Of a stretch of 64,000 nt of DNA, positions 50,391-63,768 are shown piece by piece (within the stretch, counting starts at the first letter, position 1; each line of letters opens with the position of its first letter). Both the position numbers and the translations under genes were made by a program. Source of the DNA: Octopus sinensis (taxonomy: Eukaryota); contig NC_043000.1 of the NCBI RefSeq assembly GCF_006345805.1, positions 132,618,001 to 132,682,000 on the forward strand. Reading direction: 5' to 3'. Below the pieces are notes generated by a model. The model saw only the letters and a program-made list of their open reading frames with translations. It was not told where the DNA came from and made no database searches.

Positions 50391-50723
50391 TAATACTGAG
50401 CTTGAAGTAATACATACCTATATATCCAACCTCTCGTGAAGTGTAACTACCAAACAAACAAAAGCGACAAAATAAAACTGAATTAAAACTAACGCACTCA
50501 CATTTACACATGCATCAGAAGGTGCAATGTTATATATAATAACATGATACTATAGAACCGCTACTGCAGTACTATTTTCTTATTTAGTTAACAACTATAG
50601 CTATTCCACGTGCTAAAACTGAATGACAACTATATATACTCGCACACACGCAAACACACAGATCTAATTTAAACAGTATCAACGTCAATGCAGTTCTAAT
50701 ATTTAAATATTTTCTAATTGCAG

Positions 50724-50863
50724 CCCGTTCAATCATACTTCCCCCAGAGTGTGGAAATGCCTGTTTAGCACATTATGAATCAAATCCTAATGAAACCCGT
50801 TCAGTTTCAAAATACATAGGATGCATCAAAAAGTGCTGGGAAAAGGCTAGATTTAACCCTTGA
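50724..50863 (+). CDS. Coding exon 3 of predicted secreted peptide: (A)RSIILPPECGNACLAHYESNPNETRSVSKYIGCIKKCWEKARFNP*
   Basis: Acceptor ttttctaattgcag with CTAAT branch motif. Phase 1 matches exon 2 (70+140 = 210 nt, 69 aa plus stop). Four Cys in C-x3-C-x19-C-x3-C; non-repetitive sequence. Confidence 0.75.
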
Positions 50864-51072
50864 AAACGTTGTTTCTCAAATACAATTGAAGAATCGAGTT
50901 GGAGAATCATGTTAATATAGACAACGTGTCCAGTTCTTGAAATGAAAATACAAAGAATCTCTTACAGTTATTGCATGCTTCTACATTTTCTACATTTTGT
51001 CTGCCTAAATCTACATGATAATTATGAAAGGAATATAGTTTTTTGTGAAAGCAATTGATGTACTTTAATGAA

Positions 51073-51078
51073 AATAAA
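51073..51078 (+). terminator. Polyadenylation signal AATAAA of the predicted gene
   Basis: 210 nt after the stop, followed by T/GT-rich sequence. Confidence 0.5.
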
Positions 51079-52219
51079 ACATTTTAAAATACTTAATATT
51101 TGGTTTTAAATTATTCAACAGAGAAGTTGCAATACATTTCTTAAATGATGTTGTTTTTTATTCTTAGGTAAGCCACTATCCTTAACATTTATAATCAAAG
51201 ACGTCCCTACCTTGACCATCCCATGTATAACTAGAGCTACATTATCCAGTTGTTCCTTATATAATACCTATGATGTAATTTGATGGTGATTTTGCTGGTT
51301 GAGATTTTTCAGTCGAATGAAATCGTACACTGCCTTATTTGACCAGTTCCCTAATTGTTGAACTACATAGTGAAAATAATTTCGTTTAAATTTTCTGAAG
51401 TATGAATATTGCTACTATGAAATCAATGAAATGCGTTGTTGTCACGCTATTTTGATTATTAAGGGTTCATGAGATTTTTCTAGTCACCCATACGTTCAGT
51501 TAATAATTTGGAGTAGATTCTGTAAAGTGTACATTCTCATCTACAGAAAAACAGCTTTGTTTCTGGTCAAAAGAAATCAATATATTATTTTGCTGAATAA
51601 TGAATATATTATTCCATGGCGTTCATAAACGCTTCGAGACCTGTAAGATCAAGAAGGTTTAATGCTCCCTTACGGCAAACAAGAGGTAATCACCTAGATA
51701 ATCTCCTCTACGAAGACAGTTTTTATTCTCAATTGAAACCGCATCATTTTATTCCAGTTATGTCCCTTTAAATATACAATCACGTATGCACATAAGAATC
51801 ATTTTACTTTACACAAAGTTTGAATGCATTGTTTATTCTATCGAGTTGGCTGATGTTTTTTGTTCCGATAGCAGTTGATTTGCTTGCACTTTTAGTATTG
51901 ATTCATCCAGAGTTGACTAACTACAAGTAATATTACGATACAAAATCTCGATCAAATATGTCTTTATCTAGCAAACATGCTCTTCCTTCCATGGAAAATC
52001 CCAAGTTTTCTCATTCATATCGTCTGATGAGAATTAGGGACTCCCACAACACATACTCTACCAGACATCATTCAGGGGATTATTTTCTTTAGCCCAGTGA
52101 TAATGTTGTTCATTCCAAGGTTTTGTGGTAATATACGACTAGTTTTATGTCGTTCCATGTTGTATAACTACTAATGTCTCTTGAATCATCAACAACCTGT
52201 GAAGGGTGTGATATAAGGG

Positions 52220-52680
52220 AGATGGGAGAAGCGAAACCCTTGCACACCATCAAGATTGGACTTGGTAAACACCCACAAAGTTATCAACTACCTCACCAAT
52301 AACAACACTGAACACCTTTTTGATCTCCATGTGTCCAACACACGTGGACATGCCTACAAAGTCAGAAAACAACACAGCTCCCATGACTTTCGGAAACATT
52401 TTTTCACGCTCAGAGTTGTTGAAGCATGGAACAAACTGCCTGCGTCAGTTGTTGACTGCCATGACACTGCATCCTTTAAGGCCCTCATGCTTTCCGAAAT
52501 CCGCCGAAACTACACCTGATTGTCCCCCTTCCATACTCATACACATATGTGTATGTCATGACTCATGCACTGTTCTTTTTCTGACGCTTGTACATTACCC
52601 AATGTACTATACATACACTTTAGATGAGTTGTAGTGCACCTGAGCACTGTACACAATGTTTTATTATTATTATTATTATA
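52220..52680 (+). mobile_element. CR1/L2-group LINE 3' end
   Basis: DLVNTHKVI..NTRGHAYKVRKQHSSHDFRKHFFTLRVVEAWNKLPASVV..FK, then a 3' UTR and (ATT)n tail. Confidence 0.88.
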
Positions 52681-53189
52681 AGATTTTGTCCGTATTCAAA
52701 AAACGCATAAAAAAACAGTTTAAGCCTAAAAGCAAAAAAATAAGTTATATCTTTACTAAGTTCTCCTCTATACAACAACACAAGGGATGACTTAATTCAT
52801 AACTGATAAATCGTGCAACATACATATACTTTGCTCTTAGGTTTAAACTGTTTTTCATGCGTTTAAATGGATAAATGGATATGTAAGTAAACAGATAGAT
52901 AAATAGATAGATGGGTACATAGGTAATACGGAGTGACACGCACACACATACACACACAAACACACACGCACACATACACACATAGATACACAAATAAAGA
53001 CTGAAACACGTGACCATATACACACTCACATAAGGATACATAAGGAGACACACAAAGCCATACACATAGACACACTCAAACATGAACACACAAACACATA
53101 AATATGCAGAATGCATACATACATACATATATATATATATATACAGCGGCGTACGTACACTTTGCTCTCTCTCTCTCTCGCTCTCTCCT

Positions 53190-53249
<60 letters not shown>

Positions 53250-54010
53250 TACATACACGTACAAGTATGCAGACACATACATACATGCATACATACATAC
53301 ATACATACATACATACATACATACGTATGTGTCTCCACGTGTACACTGACGCACACACATGCGCACAAACAATTAAACAAACAAAAAGAACACAGCTCTG
53401 ATAACAGTCAATGACGCAATGAAAATTTTAGAATGTGTAGGGGTGGAGTAACGAGGGAGGGGTAACGATGAAGGGAGAGAGTGGAAGGAAGAAGGTGGGT
53501 AGGAGTGAAGAGAGGAAGTAGGTGTCACAGCAAGAGTGGAGAGGTGGGTGGGAGGAAGTAGGTGTGAGAGGAAGAGAGGAGGAGGGTTAGCTGAAGAGGG
53601 GAGGAGAGTTGAGCCCTTGTGATGCAAACGAGCGAAGAGAGAAGATTAATCCCTGCTCACTACGAAGACGAGAGTCTGGATGGGCCCTGTGCAAGGACAA
53701 TCCGAACACAGACAGCTGTCGTAAAGAATGACCGGTAGAGCGGAAATGGCGCGAGACCGGGGTGGATGGAACACAGAAGTGAGTCTAAAATATTTCAATT
53801 TAAGAAGGAATTTAATGAAAATTATTTTTTTAAATTATATAAAGAAGATATTACCGGTTTTGATGAATCTCATCTTATCAGTAAAAATTTATGAAAATTT
53901 AAAGCTAAAATAGTTTATCTCCAGACATGTTTGGTCAATAACATGTCTGGAGATTTTTCGTTGAAGACTTCTTTAAATATAGTTTGGTATAGAGTTCAAA
54001 GTATTAAATA

Positions 54011-54157
54011 GACGTAGGAGTGGCTGTGTGGTAAGTAGCTTGCTTACCAACCACATGGTTCTGGGTTGAGTCCCACTGCGTGGCACCTTGGGCAAGTGTC
54101 TTCTACTATAGCCTCGGGCCGATCAAAGACTTGGTAGACGGAAACTGAAAGAACCCC

Positions 54158-54238
<81 letters not shown>

Positions 54239-54430
54239 TGTGTGTGTGTGTATGTTTGTCCTCCCAACATCGCTTGACAACCGATGCTGGTGTGTTTACT
54301 TCCCTGTAACTTAGCGGTTCGGCAAAGAGACCGATAGAATAAGTACTAGGCTTAGAAAAAAATAAGTCCTGGGGTCGATTTGCTCAACTAAAGGCAGTGT
54401 TCCAGCATGGCCACAGTCAAATGACTGAAA
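54011..54430 (+). mobile_element. SINE family B
   Basis: Family B head, core and tail. Confidence 0.9.
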
Positions 54431-54559
54431 CAAGTAAAATAGTAAAAGAGTGAAGACAGTGTAGTTGTCTGTCTATTGTCTAAAAGAAATCTTTGTGTGT
54501 CCCTGCCAAGGGGGTGGCTAAAGAGCATTTATTGAATGGGTTTTACGTTTTCCTTGTAT

Positions 54560-54621
<62 letters not shown>

Positions 54622-54794
54622 TGTTGAATATCCTTTCAATATGTTTGGGACGTGACCAGCTGTGATGATGGGTAAGTATGTTATGATGAATGTCTTGAAG
54701 AAAATATTAGAGAAAGAAAAAATTTTTTTTAGGATTTTCCTTTTGTGTATGTGTGTGGTCACCAGCTGTGTGTATGTGTGTGAGTTCGTGTGTG

Positions 54795-55008
54795 TAACGT
54801 TACCACGTCGGGCGAAATGTGTAGCCGTATTTCGTCTGCCGCTACGTTCTGAGTTCAAATTCCGCCGAGTTCGACTTTGCCTTTCATCCTTTCGGGGTCG
54901 ATTAAATAAGTACCAGTTACGCACTGGGGTCGACGTAATTGACTTAATCCCTTTGTCTGTCCTTGTTTATCCCCTCTATGTTTAGCCCCCTGTGGGCAAT
55001 AAAGAAAT
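54795..55008 (+). mobile_element. SINE family A (monomer, 5'-clipped)
   Basis: aacgttaccacgtcgggcgaaatg...aataaagaaatag. Confidence 0.9.
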
Positions 55009-56399
55009 AGTTAGTGTATGTGTGGGTGTGTTTGTGCATGTGTATGAGTGTTTTTGCGTTGTTTTCTTTTGTGTATGTGTGTGTGTGTGAATTTGTGTGT
55101 TGTTTGCGTGTATGTGTGTGTTTTGAGATGCTTTCTCTTGTATGTGTGTGCGTGAGTGTTTGTGTGTCTGTGTATGTGTTTTTGCGATGTTTTCTTTTGT
55201 GTGTGTGTGTATATGTATTTGCGTGTGGGTGTGTGCAGACGTGTGTATGTATGTTTTTTGCAATGTTTTTTTGTGTGTATGTGTGTGTGTTGAGGTGTGT
55301 GTTTGTGTATATGCAGAGGTGTTTGAGTGTATGTGTGTGTGTGTGCGCACGCAGAGGTTTGTTTGTTTCTTATGTGTGTGTTTGTCTGTGTGTGCAGACG
55401 TGTGTTTGTGTGTATGTATGTGATTGTGTGTATGTGTGTTTGTGTGTATGTGTGTTTGTGTGTGTGTGTTTGTGTATGTGTTGTTTTTGTGAAGTTTTCT
55501 TTTGTGTGTGTATGTGTGTGTGTTTGTGATGTTTTCTTTTGTGTGTATGTGAGTGTGTGTGTGTGTGTGTGTGTTTGTGTGCGTATGAGTGAGTTTTAAA
55601 AATTGTTTTTAAGTCTCTGTTCTTATTTATTGGTTGTAGTTGGCTCTATATTTAATTGTGGTTTATATTTATTGATAAATTGCCTTTCTTTGTTTAGTCT
55701 TTCTTATTGGTTGAAGGAATCTTAGCATTTGCAAAGAGGAAATATTTTGAAATTTGGTAAGACCATTCTTGCACTGGTTGCAATGTGGCTGCTTAAAGGA
55801 ATTTTCCTTGTGCTTTTGAGTTGTATCTGTTGGATCTGAGACAAAAGCACAGGGAAAATTCCTTTAAGCAGTCACACACACACACACACACACACACAAA
55901 AGAAAACATCGGAAGAAAACACACTCACGCACGCACAAACACACCTACATATACACTAACACAAACACATACACACAGCTAGTGACTACTCACACACAAG
56001 GTGGACATAAAACTCATTCAATAAATGCTCTTTAGCTACTCCCTTGACAGGAATACACAAAGATTTCTTTTAGAGGCAATAGACAACTAAGCCCTCTAAC
56101 ACTTTAAACTCTGTACCAAACTATATTTAAAGAAGACTTCAATGAAAAATCTCCAGACGTGTTCTTGACCCCAGACTGAAAATAAACTGCTTTTACTGTA
56201 CGGATGGTAATCGAACCAAGAAAGGTCAGGCTTAGCCGAACACTGGTCACGTGGAGAGAAAAAGAGAGAGGTAGAGGCAGAGGGACAGAAGAATTAGGAA
56301 GGGACGAGAAAAAAACGAGAAAAGGAACCGAGTGAAGTGAAAGAGGAGGGAAGGTAAGAATAAAGAGAAACCAGGAAATGTGAGAGAAGGGGAACGAAA

Positions 56400-56580
56400 G
56401 AAAGAAGAGTGGAATAACCAGCCGAAACTGCAAAGGTAATCTAGAACTCGACTGAGGAAAGAAAACTTCGAATGACCCGTCCGTGTTTTTTCTTGTCCCT
56501 TTTTGTATTATGTCTGGATGTTTTGCGTTCTTATCCCATTTTTTGTGTTCCTTTTTATGGCGGCTTACGTACACTTTGGA
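56400..56580 (+). mobile_element. Dispersed repeat family P3
   Basis: Homologous to 14440-14650; contains the decayed hammerhead-like CTGAGGA-aag-aaaa-ctt-CGAAT-gacccGTC. Confidence 0.55.
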
Positions 56581-58358
56581 CTCTTATATCTACGTATATA
56601 TATATAATTTAAAATGAGGTTGAGAAATTAGATATTAATTCAATCAACATCGATTTCACACCAGTGGTCTAGCATAAAAAACTGAAGGTTCAGTATATAT
56701 ATATATATATATATTGTATGACTCTCTTTCATTCTTTCTTTCCATCAGCCCCTTCACACTTACTTCGTTCTTTCCACTCTTCTTTCTTGCATATTACAGC
56801 GTGTAATATGCAACACAGGTAGTTAACAAAAATAACATAGAACAGAGTGGTGACATTTAGTAGAGACCCGGAAGTTGTTGCTCTTCGATTACTATCGCAA
56901 ACAGCAGTATACACGTCGATGGTTGGTTAAAATTATCCCAATACACCAACTTTAACACAAAATAACTTCTAAAATACGTAATTTTATTAAAAATGTTGAA
57001 AGTAAACCGTGTTCAGCGTGAGAAATATGAAGTTTAAAACTATTTAGTTAAAAAAATTTGAGCTAAACTGGAGAGATCAGAGAGAGAGAGAGAGAGAGAG
57101 CGGGAGAGTTTAAGCATTGCTGTGACACATTTATATCAAGGCAACATCTATCACAAGACAGTTCTGGTCGGTTAGCCTGAATTTCTCAATCAGTCTGTTC
57201 ATCGAAATTAAAGGATGGTAACCTCAGACATTCGGCAATTCGGCACAACTTGCAGTGGTTTATATTCCTACCAATTCTCTGTGTGAGGGAGGTTGCATAC
57301 GCGGCACGTTGACCAGTATATGTACAGAGTTTGCTCGGTCATATCGTTGCAAGTACTTTGTTGGCGTCAATCAACGGCATCCAGATATTACGAGGTCGAG
57401 GTCGATTGTCTCTGGACGTTTGCATACGTGACATGATGGGCTGCTTTCATGTTTCAGACCACACGATGTTGTTATTTAGGACATCATGACAAAAAATTTC
57501 TGGTTATTGGTGAAATTTTGAATGTTTCCAGGCATTCCTCTATCCAGCTGTGAAGAAAACTATCAAAGGTTTCTTTGTAGTCTATCCAGGCCAGTGAGAG
57601 ACTTATGCGCCTGTTATGACAATCATCAAGAATCATTTTCCTAATTAACAATTGATCTTTGCCGCCATATGACCCATTTCACACCGTTTTTCTTCATCAG
57701 AGAAAATGCTGTTAATGAGGAAAGCATAAGTGGTGATGGGTTGTTGTTGCCGTTGTTGTTGTTGTACTTGTTGTTGTTGCTGTTGCTGCTGCTGCTGCTG
57801 CTGTTAAGGCTAGCAAATCTTGTTAAACTGATTCACAAAATATGCATTTTTTAAAAGGAAGTAAAACATCTGAAAATCGGCTATACTAATGTAGTTTTCC
57901 ACTCTTATAGCTATGAAGGCATGATGTTGTGGAGAAAAATTGGAAGAAAAAGTTATAGAGGTTTAAAAATCGAAAAAAAACCCCCCGTATTTTTAGCCAA
58001 TAGCGAGACAGACTTTCTACGTTTAACGGTGTCAACTTTAAGGTTGTACTCTGTGAAATTTATAGTTTAGCGTCTGTGAAATTACCTGTTCATTGTAGGT
58101 TTCTAAATAAACAGAAATACAGAATAAAATCAACATGTATTATTTTACTGTTTCTTTTGTCTCTTCAATGATTTCTATAGTGTTTTGTATGGTTTTATTG
58201 TTTTTTAAATTTGTTATATTAATATATTTGTTTGCTTGTGTTTAATTTATGCGTATTTCTGTATTATGCATACCTGTCGTGTATTTGTGTACGTCATTAA
58301 TATGAGTGCATGTAGATGCATGTATTTTTATATAAGTTTATATGTACATTTATGCATT

Positions 58359-58394
<36 letters not shown>

Positions 58395-59027
58395 GGGGGC
58401 GTCTGTCTCCAAAACTCCAAAGTTGAGTAACGTTTTCATGCTTGGATTTGTAAACTACGATAAGAATAAAACTGGTCAACAAATAATTTGTCCCAAGTAA
58501 AAGAATACCTGTATCCTGTATGTTTTTGCAAGCGGAATTCAAAAATATTGTCAGATTATCTGGATCACCCACAGTTTCACTGTTCCACGATATCCCTCTC
58601 AGTTCCTGTTACGTGGGCTAAATTTCATTGGCTCTTATGCGGTAAATACCAATATGAAGTAACAGTGGAGAGAAGGGAGCCTGAAGTCTGGCACCCTGTC
58701 TTCACTAGAAGATTTCCACTTACGAGTTTTTGTGATTATCTTCCTTAGGCCTGCTATTGTGATGTCTTGCCATGGTTGTTCTTGTAAATTTTGATAGAAG
58801 CCTTTTGTGTTTCCCCAAATTTTTCAATTTCTTCCATTGGAGGGAGACCTTTAATGGTTATTTTTCTCCTTTCCTATTTTCCTGCAAAATGTTTTTACAT
58901 TGGATGTCAGCTTATTTTGCTGGTAAAAATTATTTCGTTTCTCAAATCTTTGTATTTTTTTTTTAGCTTTTACTTGGACTTTTCGTTTCAATGTTTCTTT
59001 TGTTGATATAAGTCCTTCTCCTAATGA

Positions 59028-59654
59028 GTGGGGGTGCAATGGCCCAGTGGTTAGGGCGGCGGACTCGCGGTCGGAGGATCGTGGTTTCGATTCCTAGACC
59101 GGGCATTGTGAGTGTTTATTGAGCGAAAACACCTAAAGCTCCACGAGGCTCCGGCAGGAGGTGGTGGTGAACCCTGCTGTACTCTTTCACCACAACTTTC
59201 TCTCGCTCTTTCTTCCTGTTTCTCTTGTACCTGTATTTCAAAGGGCCAGCCGTGTCACACTCTGTGTCACGCTGAATCTCCTCGAGAACTACGTTAAGGG
59301 TGCACGTGTCTGTGGAGTGCTCAGCCACTTGCACGTTAATATCACGAGCAAGCTGTTCCTATTTCTTTATTACCCACAAGGGGCTAAACACAGAGAGGAC
59401 AAACAAGGACAGACAGACGGATTAAGTCTATTATATCAACCCCAGTGCGTAACTGGTACTTAATTAATCGACCCCGGAGGGATGAAAGGCAAAGTCGACC
59501 TCAGCGGAATTTGAACTCAGAACGTAACGGCAGACGAAATACGGCTACGCATTTCGCCCGGCGTGCTAACGTTTCTGCCAACTCACGAGCAAGCTGTTCC
59601 GTTGATCGTATCAGCTGGGACCCTCATCGTCGCAACCGACGGAGTGCTCCTATA
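59028..59654 (+). mobile_element. SINE family C inserted in the R4 LINE
   Basis: 11-bp TSD tctcctaatga at 59017-59027 and 59655-59665. Confidence 0.9.
59360..59582 (-). mobile_element. SINE family A inserted in SINE C
   Basis: 18-bp TSD tcacgagcaagctgttcc at 59342-59359 and 59583-59600. Confidence 0.93.
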
Positions 59655-60044
59655 TCTCCTAATGAAAACCCATATTTTCTCTTCCTCTTTCTTCCATTTC
59701 TGAATCTTACATCATTTCCCAGATTGGTTCATCTAATATTGATATTCCTCCTCTCATTAATTGAATCTCTTTTTCAATTTGACTTGTGTTTCAATTTCCT
59801 CCTAGGTTTGGTTTTCTTCGTTTTTTCGCTGGTATACAACTTGTTTCAATTGCCTAAGCAGATGCATAAATAATTCTATTTAACTCAGTAAGGTCAGGTC
59901 TTAATTCTTGTTTGATTTCTTTTGTTACATAACTGCCAATTTTAATGTATTTTAGTTTTATTTGAGAGTTTGTGAAGTGGTTCTCCATCATTCATACTTG
60001 TATGTCTTACAGCTGCAAGCTCCTTTATCATTATTATTATTATT

Positions 60045-60114
<70 letters not shown>

Positions 60115-60115
60115 A

Positions 60116-60158
<43 letters not shown>

Positions 60159-60398
60159 AAACAAACGTCCATATCAGAGCTTACATGAAAAAATAGTTAA
60201 CCGGATTACATAATGTTAAACAGGTTTTGATGTGAAAAGGGAGTCATTCACCAATAAAAGGCTTCAGAATATTTGAACATCCTTCTCATTACACTGCCTG
60301 GAGTAGAAAAACAGATTCTTGGAAACAACATTTTTTAACGGTATATATATATATATATATTATATATATATATTATATATATATATATATATTATATA

Positions 60399-60471
<73 letters not shown>

Positions 60472-60819
60472 TGTATGTATGTATGTAGTGTACAGTTACT
60501 ATTTGTATTGTTATTGGTGGCTCAAATGGCCTCAAGGTGAGCGGAAGATGTTTATTTTTAAAGTGATAGCAGCAGTAACCACAATATTGTAAATAATCAC
60601 GTACCCTAAGTATTTTTACATACGAAAAGAGATTAACAAAAATAGACAATATGAAAATTAGATAGACTAAGCTTGATGTTACACAGTAGAAAACAGAAAA
60701 AAAAAATAGAGTGTATTGAGAACAGTAATTTAAATGAGAAAATGTATAAACAGCATGAAAAACGACATCATCTCCAAAAGCTACAGCACTTTATCCTCTA
60801 CAAACGTTATGAGTCATAA

Positions 60820-61193
60820 TGGCCCAGTGGTTTGGGCAGCGGACTCGCGGTCATACGATCGTGGTTTCGATTCCCAGACCGGGCGTTGTGAGTGTTTATT
60901 GAGCGAAAACACCAAAAGCTCCACGAGGCTCCGGCAGGGGATGGTGGTGATCCCTGCTGTACTCTTTCACCACAACTTTCTCTCACTCTTACTTCCTGTT
61001 TCTGTTGTACCTTGTATTTCAAAGGGCCGGCCTTGTCACTCTCTGTGTCACGCTGAATATCCCCGAGAACTACATTAAGGGTACACGTGTCTGTGGAGTG
61101 CTCAGCCACTTACACGTTAATTTCACGAGCAGGCTGTTCCGTTGATTCGGATCAACCGGAACCCTCGTCGTCGTAACCGACGGAGTGCTTCCA
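60820..61193 (+). mobile_element. SINE family C
   Basis: 12-bp TSD tatgagtcataa at 60808-60819 and 61194-61205. Confidence 0.92.
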
Positions 61194-61492
61194 TATGAGT
61201 CATAAAGAGCTTTTCAATAAGAACAGCAATGTTTACCCTGGGTAAATTACTGGAGTAAGGAATCAAGTCACTTATGTTTTTTATTCTTGACTGGAAGCTG
61301 AAACAATGACGTTAATTATTTCTTCCCAAACTTAACATATTCGACACTTACTGAGTTCTGTTGCATCGCATGGTTTTGGTTGTCTCTGGTGGGAAGTCTT
61401 TGATCCTGTGCCGCGACAAAAATTTTTAACCCTCGGCTTTGAGTTCTTCGTTACTTAGCCAATGCTGTGATTTTTCTTGGTCCAATTTCACC

Positions 61493-61913
61493 TTACTCTT
61501 TTACTCTTTACTCTTTTACTTGTTTCAGTCATTTGACTGCGGCCATGCTGGAGCACCGCCTTTAATCGAGCAACTCGACCCGGGACTTATTCTTTGTAAG
61601 CCCAGTACTTATTCTATCGGTCTCTTTTGCCGAACCGCTAAGTTACGGGGACGTAAACACACCAGCATCGGTTGTCAAGCAATGCTAGGGGGACAAACAC
61701 AGACACACAAACACACACACGCATACATATATATATATATACATATATACGACGGGCTTCTTTCAGTTTCCGTCTACCAAATCCACTCACAAGGCTTTGG
61801 TCGGCCCGGGGCTATAGCAGAAGACACTTGCCCAAGATGCCACGCAGTGGGACTGAACCCGGAACCATGTGGTTGGTTAGCAAGCTACTTACCACACAGC
61901 CACTCCTGCGCCT
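61493..61913 (-). mobile_element. SINE family B, full length
   Basis: Reverse complement of family B; ends cactcctgcgcct. Confidence 0.93.
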
Positions 61914-62440
61914 ATGTTTACTTTTATTACGTGTTGTCCCTGTATGGGGGTCTAGCTGTTGTTTTAGTGTGACAATCTGTAAACCCATTTTAGCAAAGGG
62001 TATTTTTTATGTTTTGTTTTCGTTTTTTTCATTTTCACAATTTCTGTTGATTTTTCTTCTCCTCCACCCCCACCCACCTAAAAAAAAAAGCATTAATTAC
62101 GTTTGCTGCTATTTCGTTTTTGCTGGCTTCCTTAAAGACAGAAAATGGTTTGGTTTTGTTTGTATTTCCAGCAATTTGTATTCGTTTTCCATTACTTTTT
62201 ACGAGACGTCATTTGATGGTAGAGCACAGGTTAGCTGCATCATTACATTACTCGGTGTTTTCATACATTGCCTATAAGAAAAATTTCTTTTCTAAAAGAA
62301 TTATCGCAACGAAGGCTTTTCCACGTGTTAAATTTAATTTGACACAGCTTTATTCCAATTATCGCTGCTTGGTGTATCTTTAATTTAGTCCAGTTTCACG
62401 AAGCTTCGACACGCCAGTAAATTTATTATTTGTTGTTTAC

Positions 62441-62828
62441 AGGCGCAGGAGTGGCTGTGTGGTAAGTAGCTTGCTAACCAACCACATGGTTCCGGGTTCA
62501 GTCCCACTGCGTGGCATCTTGGGCAAGTGTCTTCTGCTATAGCCCCGGGCCGACCAATGCCTTGTGAGTGGATTTGGTAGACGAAAACTTAAAGAAGCCT
62601 GTCGTATATATGTATATATATATATACGTGTGTGTGTGTGTTTGTGTGTCTGTGTTTGTCCCCCTAGCATTGCTTGACAACCGATGCTGGTGTGTTTACG
62701 TCCCCGTAACTTAGCGGTTCGGCAAAAGAGACCGATAGAATAAGTTCCGGGGTCGATTTGATCGACTAAAGACGGTGCTCCAGCATGGCCGCAGTCAAAT
62801 GACTGAAACAAGTAAAAGAGTAAAAGAG
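62441..62828 (+). mobile_element. SINE family B
   Basis: aggcgcaggagtggctgtgtgg...aaagagtaaaagag. Confidence 0.93.
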
Positions 62829-62834
62829 AGAGAG

Positions 62835-63090
62835 TATTTAAGAACAACGGATGTTTGTGGGTTAAGAACGGCGAATTCCCTGTCTGTAGCTGATTGAGTG
62901 CAACGATACAGAAACTCATATTCTACGCTATGATGACGGCATTCGTTGCCCAGCTCGGTGTGTTTACGCATACATTACCAATCAAGAGAATTTCTCTTCG
63001 GAGACAGTTGTCACAGCGAATTTCTTCCCACGTTTTAGTGTAGACGAATGTGTTAAATGTAACTGTATATGGTTTTCCATATGATTGTAT
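62835..63090 (-). mobile_element. Possible LINE APE-endonuclease fragment
   Basis: EILLIGNVCVN (GDFN-like) and MSFCIVALNQLQTGNSPFLTHKH (FC..N.L..N..F.HK-like); weak. Confidence 0.35.
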
Positions 63091-63537
63091 TACGTATGTG
63101 TGTATGTATGTATGTATGTATGTATGTATGTATGTATGTATGTATGTATGTATGTATGACATTATTCAGTTTATTTCAAGATTTCTTGCCAATAGAGAAA
63201 GAACCAGTTTCTAACCTAGATCCAGGGCTCCTGTATGTATATATATATGTGTAGTAGCTTCATGTAGGCATAGCATGGATTCGATCCTCAATCGCCAAAT
63301 TTCACTTAACAGTACAACGGACTTTTCCTTTAGAGAAACATTAAGTTGACAGCAGTTGCTTTTTGTCAGATGCCTTCGTTAAGCAGAATAATGTCTGCCA
63401 CTTGACCCTGCTAACCTTTTGTATGTGGTGAAGAGTTAAATTGACAGAACAATAGACCTCCCCAAATACCCATTGTTTGGACAACGGAATATCTCTCTCT
63501 TTCTCTTGATCATGCCATAATTATATATACAGAAAAT

Positions 63538-63768
63538 AAGGCGGCGAGCTGGCAGAAACGTTAGCACGCCGGACGAAATGCTTAGCGGTATTTCGTCTAC
63601 CGTTACGTTCTGAGTTCAAATTCCGCCGAGGTCGACTTTGCCTTTCATCCTTTCGGGGTCGATAAATTAAGTACCAGTTACGCACTGGGGTCGATATAAT
63701 CGACTTAATCAGTTTGTCTGCCCATATTTGTCCTCTCTGTGTTTAGCCCCTTGTGGGTAGTAAAGAAA
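63538..63768 (+). mobile_element. SINE family A (monomer)
   Basis: 16-bp TSD tatatatacagaaaat at 63522-63537 and 63769-63784. Confidence 0.93.

Larger units (their letters stand above)
53917..56170. repeat. Large imperfect inverted repeat (53933-54003 plus 54433-54560 versus 55990-56170) enclosing TG-rich sequence; left arm split by SINE B
   Basis: ggagatttttcgttgaagacttctttaaatatagtttgg and ctaaagagcatttattgaatg recur in reverse orientation. Local hairpins at 53917-53954 (15-bp arms) and 55784-55876 (35-bp arms). Confidence 0.85.
57450..59940 (-). mobile_element. R4/Dong-type LINE internal relic (pre-RT and RT), interrupted
   Basis: Minus-strand fragments in the expected order: LTELNR..AIET; RKYGFSLGEGLISTKETLKRKVQVKAKKKIQRFEKRNNFYQQN; EQPWQDITIAGLRKIITKTRKWKS; YGGKDQLLIRKMILDDC..LSLAWIDYKETFDS..HSWIEECL. 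Confidence 0.8.

Noticed and set aside
50724-50863. Twin Cx3C motif suggesting a mitochondrial small Tim chaperone
   Set aside because: The product has a cleavable-looking ER signal peptide, a 19-residue spacer and an N-glycosylation sequon, and I see no Tim9/10-like sequence.
56452-56481. P3 hammerhead-like motif CTGAGGA..CGAAT..GTC
   Set aside because: GAAA is replaced by GAAT with an extra nucleotide, and stem I is unsupported.
58716-58725. Minus-strand GTAAGT donor-like site
   Set aside because: It falls within the R4 LINE reading frame (TKTRKWKS); coincidental.
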